This document shows, piece by piece, positions 46,300 through 54,362 of a DNA stretch of 64,000 nt. Where the stretch lies: assembly GCA_025980325.1 (NCBI GenBank), contig JAICXQ010000005.1, positions 8,034 to 72,033 on the forward strand. The letters run 5' to 3'. The first letter of the stretch is position 1, and every line of letters begins with the position of its first letter. The notes below the pieces were generated by a model, which saw only the letters and a program-made list of their open reading frames with translations, searched no databases and had not been told where the DNA came from. Made by a program: the position numbers and the translations under genes. The DNA comes from Frankiales bacterium. Its GTDB lineage: Bacteria > Actinomycetota > Actinomycetes > JAFAQI01.

Positions 46300-46857
46300 C
46301 TAGTGCGCACCGATCGCGGCGTGCCGGCCGGGTGGCCGCCGGCGCGTTCGCTGCCGGCCGGTTCGCCGCCGGCTCGAAGCCGCGGGCGACGGGAGCACCA
46401 TGACCGCGACGGTGAGTGCGGCGACGAGACCGCCGAGGTACATCGGCCTGGTCAGCGTCGCGAGCTTCGTCCCGACGCCCGGGATGTCGTAGCGGACCCG
46501 CCCGACGATGTCGGCGGTCTTCGGATGCCACTCGTCCGGCAGGTTCTTGTTGTCTCCCTTCGTGACGTAACCGGTCGTGCCGTTGCCGCCGATGAGCCGG
46601 TGGATCACCAGCGCGCCGGCGCCGAACTCGCCCTTCGGGATGCGGTAGGCGACGGCGTCGCCGATCCGGTACGACGACTGGCGGCGTACGACGGCGAGAT
46701 CGCCGAGATGCAACGTCGGGTCCATCGAGTGACCGTCGACGCGGACATAGGCGACGGCACCGCCGAGTGATTGCGGCCAGAACATCGCCGGCAGCGCGAA
46801 CGTTGCCACCAGCAACATCCATCGGGCGTACCGAAACCCTTGGCGCACGGCGAGCAT
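46300..46857 (-). CDS. sipW: SipW-type (ER-like) signal peptidase I
   Basis: VDGHSMDPTLHLGDL, VIHRL (His general base), TKGDNK.LPD; N- and C-terminal TM. Confidence 0.85.
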   Translation of the reverse strand: MLAVRQGFRYARWMLLVATFALPAMFWPQSLGGAVAYVRVDGHSMDPTLHLGDLAVVRRQSSYRIGDAVAYRIPKGEFGAGALVIHRLIGGNGTTGYVTKGDNKNLPDEWHPKTADIVGRVRYDIPGVGTKLATLTRPMYLGGLVAALTVAVMVLPSPAASSRRRTGRQRTRRRPPGRHAAIGAH

Positions 46858-46861
46858 CCCC

Positions 46862-47500
46862 TCAGAACTGAACGGTCGTCGACGATTGCGCGAGATCGCT
46901 TCCGCAGTTGCGGCCGCTCCGGTCCTTCAACGCGGCGTCCGGAGTCCACACCGCGGCGTTGCCGGAGCTGACGACCGACGCGGTTCCGGTCGTCTGGCTG
47001 CCCAGCGTCACCGTCAGCGTCGTGCTCGTCGCCGCGACACTGAGCGCCGTGGTGCTCGAAGCGAAAGCGATCGACGTGCTGCCGGTGTCGTAGCCGGCCG
47101 AACCGAGATCGACGACACCGATATGGAAGCCGGTGGCACAGGTCAGCGACGAGCCCGTGACCTGCAACGTGTCGTCGGCACCCGAAGCGCCGTTCACCAC
47201 CGACCATTGCAGCGTCAACGACTGGGACGACGACGAGTTGGACCAGCCGCTGCACAACGTCGTCTCGTCGATCGGTTGCGGCCAGGCGAACGTCACCGAG
47301 TCGCCGGCCTGCACCTTGCCGACCGTCCCGTTGCCGCTCTTGTTCGTGAACGACAGCCACGCCGGGAACATCGCGGGGGTGGACACCGCGCCGGCGCCGA
47401 GATGTGCCGATGCCAACGTGATTCCGGACGCCCAGGCGACACCGGTCATGAGCAGTACGACGCCGGCCGTCGCCACCATCGCCCGAGCCGGCCGGCTCAT
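46862..47500 (-). CDS. SipW-substrate-like secreted protein (paralog C, longer)
   Basis: GVAWA|SGITLASAHLGAG; ATGA overlap with upstream gene. Confidence 0.7.
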   Translation of the reverse strand: MSRPARAMVATAGVVLLMTGVAWASGITLASAHLGAGAVSTPAMFPAWLSFTNKSGNGTVGKVQAGDSVTFAWPQPIDETTLCSGWSNSSSSQSLTLQWSVVNGASGADDTLQVTGSSLTCATGFHIGVVDLGSAGYDTGSTSIAFASSTTALSVAATSTTLTVTLGSQTTGTASVVSSGNAAVWTPDAALKDRSGRNCGSDLAQSSTTVQF

Positions 47501-47886
47501 GGGCCGACCACCGAGAGGTACCCGCCCGCGACGGACGTCGCGGTCGCTGCGCCGGTCAGCGAGGCGAAGGTCTGAGTGGTGGCGGTCAAGGTGACCGGGC
47601 CGGCGCTGGCGAGCGAGGTATTGGACGAGTCGACCAATGTCAGCGACAGCGACCCGCCGATGCACGAGGTCGGGATCGAGGTCAGGACGACGGTGGTCAC
47701 GACGTTCGCCGTCACCGTCCAGGTGACGCCGACGCCGGACAAGGATCCGCACGAGCTCGTCGCGGTGAACGCGCTGCCCACCTGCTTCGGGCTCGGCCCC
47801 ATCGCCGTCGCGGCCGCGCGTGCCGGCCACGCCAGCAGCGAGGCGATCAGCGCGGTGAGCGCCGCAGTGGCGAGATCGTTGCGCAC
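47497..47886 (-). CDS. SipW-substrate-like secreted protein (paralog B)
   Basis: signal peptide; QVGSAFTATSSC...PTSC...YLSVVGP. Confidence 0.7.
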   Translation of the reverse strand: MRNDLATAALTALIASLLAWPARAAATAMGPSPKQVGSAFTATSSCGSLSGVGVTWTVTANVVTTVVLTSIPTSCIGGSLSLTLVDSSNTSLASAGPVTLTATTQTFASLTGAATATSVAGGYLSVVGP

Positions 47887-47893
47887 GGCGTCA

Positions 47894-48325
47894 TCAACCC
47901 GTGATCACTACCGAGACGCCGGTCACGTTCGCGGCGGCGATGTTGCTCGCGGTGAAGTCGGGCGCGGCGTTCCCGGACGCGTCGAGGGTTCCGGTCACCT
48001 CGGCGAGCGAGGCGTTGCCGGCCCCGGTGAGGGTCACCTTGTAGGCGAAGCCGTTGCACGCCGCTGCGGTGGTGACCGGCGCGGTGGCGACCTTGTAGCC
48101 GGGAAGCGATGCGGAGTACGCCGTCGTGTAGGTCACCGTCGCGCCGGAGTTGCAGCTCGACACGCTCGCGTTTCCCGAGCCCAAGGTCTTGCTGTTGACC
48201 GACAGGGTCGCGGCGAACGCGGTCACGCCGCCGAAGATCACGACCCCGGTCACGGCCGGGACGGCGAAGCGGGCGATACCGCGAGCGCTTCGGCGCCGAG
48301 GACGCCGTTCCGCATGTGAACCCAT
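47894..48325 (-). CDS. SipW-substrate-like secreted fibre subunit (paralog A)
   Basis: GGVTAFA|ATLSVNSKTLGSGNASVSSC...C...VSVVITG; clear paralog of 45801-46193. Confidence 0.75.
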   Translation of the reverse strand: MGSHAERRPRRRSARGIARFAVPAVTGVVIFGGVTAFAATLSVNSKTLGSGNASVSSCNSGATVTYTTAYSASLPGYKVATAPVTTAAACNGFAYKVTLTGAGNASLAEVTGTLDASGNAAPDFTASNIAAANVTGVSVVITG

Positions 48326-48539
48326 GTTGCTGGTTTCGGGGTTCACCCGAATTGAGCGCATCCCCCAGCGGTGCTATATCTACTCATCTTTTCCTACTAG
48401 TCCCGGGCCGCCACGAGGGCGGGATTTGGCCCGATTCCGCCGAAGAAACTACTCCCGAGTATCTTTCGCACCGATCATCCATGCGCAGTCGTATCCGCAC
48501 TGGAATAGCCCCGGCAACATCCGTTTCCGGACTACTGGC

Positions 48540-49670
48540 TCAGGTGACCGACTCGTAGATCGCGAGGGTCTGCTCGGCGATCGCGGGCCAGCCGAAGTCG
48601 CGCTCGGCCCGCGCCCGGCCGGCCGCGCCCATGTCTTTCGCCCGCGCGGGATCGTCGAGCATCGACTCGATCGCGGTCGCGAGCCCGGCTTCGTACGCCG
48701 TCGCGTCGCCGGCGACGTAGGGGATCAGCACGCCGGTCTCGCCGCCGACGACGACCTCCGGAATGCCGCCGACGTTGCTCGCCACGACGGGTACGGCGCA
48801 GGCCATTGCTTCGAGGTTGACGATGCCGAGCGGCTCGTACACCGACGGGCAGACGAACACCGTCGACGACGACAGCAACTGCATCAAGTCGTTGCGCGGC
48901 AACGGATCCCGCAGCCACACGATGTCGAGCCCGGCGTCGCGCAGCGCGGTCACCTCCGTCTCGACCTCGGCCGCGATCTGCGGCGTGTCCGGCGAGCTCG
49001 CGCACAGCAGCAGCTGCGCGGATCGGCGTACCGCCCGCATCGCGCGAAGCAGATGGGGCAGTCCCTTCTGCCGCGTGATCCGGCCGACGAAGATGACGAC
49101 CGGGCGGGCCGGATCGAGGCCGTGCGCGGACAACATCGCCGGGTCGGGCCGCGGCGCGAAGAGCGACGTGTCGATGCCGTTGTGCACGACATGCACCCGA
49201 GCCGGATCGACCAGTGGGTACGCCGCGAGCACGTCGGTCCGCATCCCGGCCGACACCGCGATGACCGCATCCGCGGCTTCGATCGCGGTCTGCTCGGCCC
49301 ACGACGAGATCCGGTATCCGCCGCCGAGCTGCTCGGCCTTCCAGGGGCGCCGCGGCTCGAGCGAATGCGACGTCATGACGTGCGGCACGCCGTGCAGCAG
49401 CTTGGCGAGATGGCCGCCGAGATTCGCATACCACGTATGCGAATGCACGAGGTCGCGATCGGCGACCGCGGCCGTCATCGACAAGTCCGTCGCGAGCACG
49501 CGCAGCGCGGCGTTCGCGCCGTCGAGGCGATCCCAGCTTCCGTGCGCGGCGAACGTCTCGACCCGCAGGTCGACCAGCCGGTCGAGCTCGCGGGCGAGGA
49601 ACTCGACGTGCACGCCGGCACCGCCGTAGACATCCGGCGGCCATTCCCGCGTCAGCAACCCGACTCGCAC
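48540..49670 (-). CDS. glgA: GT4 glycogen synthase / maltose-1-phosphate synthase (GlgA/GlgM)
   Basis: [48 protein letters not shown]; divergent from glgC. Confidence 0.95.
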   Translation of the reverse strand: MRVGLLTREWPPDVYGGAGVHVEFLARELDRLVDLRVETFAAHGSWDRLDGANAALRVLATDLSMTAAVADRDLVHSHTWYANLGGHLAKLLHGVPHVMTSHSLEPRRPWKAEQLGGGYRISSWAEQTAIEAADAVIAVSAGMRTDVLAAYPLVDPARVHVVHNGIDTSLFAPRPDPAMLSAHGLDPARPVVIFVGRITRQKGLPHLLRAMRAVRRSAQLLLCASSPDTPQIAAEVETEVTALRDAGLDIVWLRDPLPRNDLMQLLSSSTVFVCPSVYEPLGIVNLEAMACAVPVVASNVGGIPEVVVGGETGVLIPYVAGDATAYEAGLATAIESMLDDPARAKDMGAAGRARAERDFGWPAIAEQTLAIYESVT

Positions 49671-49689
49671 GTGCGACACACTAGGTGGC

Positions 49690-50925
49690 ATGGCGCAGCG
49701 GGGCGTGCTCGGCATGGTGCTCGCCGGCGGCGAGGGCAAGCGGTTGTGGCCGCTCACCGCCGACCGGGCGAAGCCGGCCGTTCCGTTCGGCGGGATCTAC
49801 CGGCTGGTCGACTTCGTGTTGTCGAATCTCGTCAACGCCGACTACCTGCGCATCGTCGTGCTGACGCAGTACAAGTCGCATTCGCTCGACCGGCACATCT
49901 CGCTGACATGGCGGATGTCGTCGCTGCTCGGCAACTACGTCACGCCGGTGCCGGCGCAGCAACGCCTCGGCCCGCGCTGGTACCAAGGCTCCGCGGACGC
50001 GATCTACCAGTCGCTCAATCTCGTGTACGACGAGCAGCCGGCGCACGTCGTCGTCTTCGGCGCGGATCACGTGTACCGGATGGACCCGCGGCAGATGGTG
50101 CGCCAGCACGTCGAATCCGGCGCGGGTGTCACCGTCGCCGGCATCCGGGTGCCGCGGGCGCAGGCGTCGTCGTTCGGGGTCATCGGGACCCGGGACGGGC
50201 GCCGGATCGACGGGTTCCTGGAGAAGCCTTCGGACCCGCCTGGATTGCCCGACGATCCGGAGTCGTCGTACGCCTCGATGGGCAACTACGTGTTCTCGAC
50301 CGACGTGTTGCTCGACGCGGTGCGCAAGGACGCGTACGACGAAGGCTCGGTGCACGACATGGGCGGCAACGTCATCCCGATGCTGGTGGCGCAGGGCGCC
50401 GCGCAGGTCTACGACTTCGCCGACAACCACGTGCCCGGGACGAGCGAGCGCGACGCGGGGTACTGGCGCGACGTCGGTTCGATCGACAGCTACTACGACG
50501 CACACATGGATCTCGTGTCGGTCACGCCGGTTTTCAACCTCTACAACCGGCAGTGGCCGATCCTCACGCACACGCCGCCGTTGCCGCCGGCGAAGTTCGT
50601 GCACGACGAGCCGGGCCGCACCGGTCACGCGATCGAGTCGCTGGTCTCGCCCGGGTGCATCGTCTCCGGCGGCGAGGTGCGCCAGTCGGTGCTGTCACCG
50701 GGCGCGCACGTGCACAGCCGCGCGATCGTCGAAGGCGCGGTATTGATGCACGGGGTCGACGTCGGCCGCGGCGCGCACGTACGCCGCGCGATCGTCGACA
50801 AGGGCGTCGTGATCCCGCCCGGCGTACGGGTCGGCGTCGACCACGACGAGGATCGCGCGCGCGGCTTTCACGTCAGCGACGGCGGCGTCGTCGTCATCGG
50901 CAAAGGCCAACCGGTCCGCGAGTGA
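49690..50925 (+). CDS. glgC: glucose-1-phosphate adenylyltransferase
   Basis: [36 protein letters not shown]. Confidence 0.97.
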   Translation: MAQRGVLGMVLAGGEGKRLWPLTADRAKPAVPFGGIYRLVDFVLSNLVNADYLRIVVLTQYKSHSLDRHISLTWRMSSLLGNYVTPVPAQQRLGPRWYQGSADAIYQSLNLVYDEQPAHVVVFGADHVYRMDPRQMVRQHVESGAGVTVAGIRVPRAQASSFGVIGTRDGRRIDGFLEKPSDPPGLPDDPESSYASMGNYVFSTDVLLDAVRKDAYDEGSVHDMGGNVIPMLVAQGAAQVYDFADNHVPGTSERDAGYWRDVGSIDSYYDAHMDLVSVTPVFNLYNRQWPILTHTPPLPPAKFVHDEPGRTGHAIESLVSPGCIVSGGEVRQSVLSPGAHVHSRAIVEGAVLMHGVDVGRGAHVRRAIVDKGVVIPPGVRVGVDHDEDRARGFHVSDGGVVVIGKGQPVRE

Positions 50926-50935
50926 TTGCCTGAGC

Positions 50936-51586
50936 TCAGTCGCGGACGACGGCGACCAGCAACCCGTCGCCGGCACCGAGCAGCACCGGCACCAACCGGG
51001 TGTCGTCGCGTACGGTCCGCAGCAGTTCGCGGACCGCGACGGTTTCCGGATCGCGCGCCGACGGATCCGGCACGCGGTCGTGCCACAGCGCGTTGTCGAA
51101 CACGACCAGCCCGCCCGGACGGAGCAGTCGCAATGCCGCGGCGAGATAGTCCGGGTACTCGCCTTTCGCCGCGTCCCCGAACACGACGTCGTACGCGCCG
51201 TCGGTCAGTCGCGGCAGGACGTCGAGCGCGCGCCCGGTGATGAGCCGGGTGCGGTTCGGCGGGATGTGCGCTTCGACGAATGCTTCCTTGGCCGCGCGCT
51301 GGTGCTCGGCCTCGACGTCGATCGTGGTGAGCACCCCGTCGGGTGCCATGCCGCGCAGCAGCCACAGCCCGGACACGCCCGCGCCGGTGCCGATCTCGAC
51401 GACCGCGCGCGCGGAAACCGACGCGGCCAAAAATCGCAGCATCGCGCCGCCGCCGGGACCGATCGGGACCGCACCGAGTTCGGTGCCGCGCCGACGCGCG
51501 GCAATCAGCACGTCGTCCTCGGGCAGCCAGGCTTCGAGGAACGTCTGTCGTCGTACGGCGACGGCGCCCTCGTCCGATCCGCTGAT
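50936..51586 (-). CDS. SAM-dependent O-methyltransferase (probable ATC start)
   Basis: VVEIGTGAGVSGLW, FGDAAK, VFDNALW; strong GAGGAGG before ATC 51586. Confidence 0.9.
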   Translation of the reverse strand: MSGSDEGAVAVRRQTFLEAWLPEDDVLIAARRRGTELGAVPIGPGGGAMLRFLAASVSARAVVEIGTGAGVSGLWLLRGMAPDGVLTTIDVEAEHQRAAKEAFVEAHIPPNRTRLITGRALDVLPRLTDGAYDVVFGDAAKGEYPDYLAAALRLLRPGGLVVFDNALWHDRVPDPSARDPETVAVRELLRTVRDDTRLVPVLLGAGDGLLVAVVRD

Positions 51587-51683
51587 TGCCGACCTCCTCG
51601 CCGCAGTGATCCTGCAGCCAGCCTATGGGGCCCGCCAGCCTACGGGGCCGGGCGCCCACAGATCGGCGGGTCACAATGGTCGG

Positions 51684-52832
51684 GTGACCTGGCCCACCGA
51701 AGAGCCCACTCGCGCGTCCGCGCCGGCGCTGACCTGGCCGGTGCTGGCGCTGACTGCCGGGATCACCGCGGTCCTCGCCGGCACGTTGGGCGGTCTCGTG
51801 GTGCATGCCGCCGACGACCAGAACTCGGCGCCGCACACGGTCACCCTCGGTACGACCGCGGCGGGCGCGCCGGTGGTCGCGCGGACGGTGGGATCGGTCG
51901 CCGCGGTCGCCGCGAAGATCCTGCCGAGCGTCGTGTCGCTGGAGATCCGCACCGGCAGCGGCGGTGACACCGGCACGGGGATCGTGATCAGTCGCGACGG
52001 TTACATCCTCACCAACAATCACGTCGTCGCCGCGGCCGAGTCCGGCGGCAAGCTCACCGTCGTGTTCCCGGACAAGAGTTCGGCGACCGGGACGATCGTC
52101 GGGCATCCCGATCCGGTCAGCGATCTCGCCGTGGTCCGCGTCCGCAACGTGAAGGGCTTGCGGCCGGCGACCCTCGGTTCGTCGGCGACGCTCAGTGTCG
52201 GCGATCCCGTCGTCGCGGTCGGCTCGCCGCTCGGCCTCGCCGGCACCGTCACCACGGGGATCGTGAGTGCGCTCGACCGGCCGGTCGCCGCGAGCGATGC
52301 CGGTGGCGGCAACAGCGACAACATCATCGACGCGATCCAGACCGATGCCGCGATCAATCCCGGCAACTCGGGTGGGCCGCTGGTCGACATGTCCGGCGCG
52401 GTCGTCGGCGTCAATTCCGCGATCGCGACGCTGACCGGCGACGCGGCGACCGGCGGCCAGGGCGGCAGCATCGGGCTGGGGTTCGCGATCCCCATCGACC
52501 AGGCGAAGCGGATAGCGGCCGAGATCCTCAAGCAGGGGTACGCGACGCACGCCATCATCGGCGTCCATCTCGACACGTCGTACACCGGCGACGGCGCGAA
52601 GATCGCCGACCCGCAGGGCGCGGCGGTCACGCCCGGCGGCCCGGCCGCGCACGCCGGGCTGCGGGCGGGCGACATCGTCGTCGCCGCGGACGGCGAGCGG
52701 ATCACGTCGCCGGAGGAGCTCATCGTCGCGATCCGCAAGCACGCGCCGGGTGATCGGATGACGCTGACCTACTTGCGCGGCGGGCACCGGCACACGACCG
52801 TCGTCACCCTGGGCTCGGCCCGGAGCGAGTGA
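51684..52832 (+). CDS. htrA: HtrA/DegP-family serine protease with PDZ
   Basis: TNNHV, DLAV, QTDAAINPGNSGGPL; N-terminal TM; PDZ. Confidence 0.93.
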   Translation: MTWPTEEPTRASAPALTWPVLALTAGITAVLAGTLGGLVVHAADDQNSAPHTVTLGTTAAGAPVVARTVGSVAAVAAKILPSVVSLEIRTGSGGDTGTGIVISRDGYILTNNHVVAAAESGGKLTVVFPDKSSATGTIVGHPDPVSDLAVVRVRNVKGLRPATLGSSATLSVGDPVVAVGSPLGLAGTVTTGIVSALDRPVAASDAGGGNSDNIIDAIQTDAAINPGNSGGPLVDMSGAVVGVNSAIATLTGDAATGGQGGSIGLGFAIPIDQAKRIAAEILKQGYATHAIIGVHLDTSYTGDGAKIADPQGAAVTPGGPAAHAGLRAGDIVVAADGERITSPEELIVAIRKHAPGDRMTLTYLRGGHRHTTVVTLGSARSE

Positions 52833-53176
52833 TGTTCAGCCATGTCGGCTGGTCCGAACTGCTGGTGCTGGCGATCGTCGGCCTGGTCGTCTTCGGTCCG
52901 GAGCGGTTGCCGAAGGCCGCTGCCGACGCGGTCCGCGCGCTGCGCGAACTACGGACTCTCGCCCGTGGTGCGGCCGCGGATCTGAAGGCCGAGCTCGGGC
53001 CGGAGATGGCCGATCTCGATCTCGCGTCGTTGCATCCGCGCCGTCTCGTCGCATCGGTCCTCGACGACGAACCGGAGCCGGCGGTGACCGCGCCGCGGCC
53101 GGTGAGCCGGCCGCAAGCGCTCACTGCCGTCGTCGGGCCCGGCCAAACGCCGCCGTACGACGCCGACGCGACCTGA
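52829..53176 (+). CDS. tatB: Tat translocase subunit TatB
   Basis: GWSELLVLAIVGLVVFGPERLP; ends PYDADAT. Confidence 0.92.
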   Translation: MMFSHVGWSELLVLAIVGLVVFGPERLPKAAADAVRALRELRTLARGAAADLKAELGPEMADLDLASLHPRRLVASVLDDEPEPAVTAPRPVSRPQALTAVVGPGQTPPYDADAT

Positions 53177-53185
53177 CCGGATGAA

Positions 53186-54319
53186 CTAGCTCACCGGCGA
53201 GAGGCTGAGCGGCCGGCCCACCAGTGACCGGGTGCGGCTGCCGAGGTCATGCGCGATGGCTGCCAATGCGACGGCCGCAGGGGACGACGGGTCGGCGAGC
53301 ACGATCGGTATGCCGGCGTCACCGCCCTCGCGCAGCCGCGGATCGATCGGCACCGAGCCGAGCAGCGGCACCGGCGCGCCGACCAACTGGGTGAGCGAGT
53401 CCGCGACCGCCTGACCGCCGCCGGCGCCGAACACGTCGACCATCTCGCCGCAGTGCGGGCACGGCAACCCGGCCATGTTCTCGATGACGCCGGCGATCCG
53501 CAGCCGGGTCTGCAACGCGACCGCACCGGCCCGCTCGGCGACCTCGCGCGCGGCCAGCTGCGGCGTGGTGACGACGACGACCTCGGCGCTCGGCAACAGC
53601 GCGGCACTGCTGATCGCCATGTCGCCGGTGCCGGGCGGCAGGTCGAGCAGCAGCACGTCGAGATCGCCGAAGTACGCGTCGCCGAGGATCTGCTCGAGCC
53701 ACTTGTGCAGCATCGGCCCGCGCAACGCGATGGCGCGGTTCGGCGGCACGAACATCCCCGCCGACACCAGCTTCACGCCGTGTGCTTCCGGCGGCATGAT
53801 CATGCCCTCGACCATCGTGGGCCGGTCGCCGACGCCGAGCATCCGCGGCAGCGAGTAGCCGTACACGTCCGCGTCGACGACGCCGACCGACAGGCCCTGC
53901 GCGGCCATCGCGACGGCGAGGTTGGCCGTGGTCGACGACTTGCCGACGCCGCCCTTGCCGCTCGCGATCGCGTAGATGCGGGTGAGCGATCCGGGCTGCG
54001 CGAACGGGATCTCGCGACCGGCGCGATCGCCCTGCAACTGCCCGCGCAGCGCGGCCCGCTGCTCGTCGCTCATCACGCCCAACCGGACCGCCACGTCCGT
54101 CACGCCCGGGACGGCACTCACCGCGGCGGTGACGTCGCGGGTGATCCGGTCGCGCAGCGGGCAGCCCTGGGTCGTCAGCAGTACGTCGACGTCGACCCGG
54201 CCCTCGGCCGAGATGTCGATGCCGGCGACCATCCCGAGGTCGGTGATGGGCCGGTGGATCTCGGGATCGTTGACGGTCGCGAGCGCGGCGTGGACGGCGT
54301 CGTACGTAGGGGTGCTCAT
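53186..54319 (-). CDS. mrp: Mrp/NBP35 Fe-S cluster carrier ATPase
   Basis: DPEI...I.DLGMV, LTT.GCP, ASGKGGVGKSS, DLPPGTGD, ENM...CPHC. Confidence 0.94.
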   Translation of the reverse strand: MSTPTYDAVHAALATVNDPEIHRPITDLGMVAGIDISAEGRVDVDVLLTTQGCPLRDRITRDVTAAVSAVPGVTDVAVRLGVMSDEQRAALRGQLQGDRAGREIPFAQPGSLTRIYAIASGKGGVGKSSTTANLAVAMAAQGLSVGVVDADVYGYSLPRMLGVGDRPTMVEGMIMPPEAHGVKLVSAGMFVPPNRAIALRGPMLHKWLEQILGDAYFGDLDVLLLDLPPGTGDMAISSAALLPSAEVVVVTTPQLAAREVAERAGAVALQTRLRIAGVIENMAGLPCPHCGEMVDVFGAGGGQAVADSLTQLVGAPVPLLGSVPIDPRLREGGDAGIPIVLADPSSPAAVALAAIAHDLGSRTRSLVGRPLSLSPVS

Positions 54320-54362
54320 GGCACCGTCCAGGGTACGTCAGCCGTTGGAACTGCTAGGAAAC

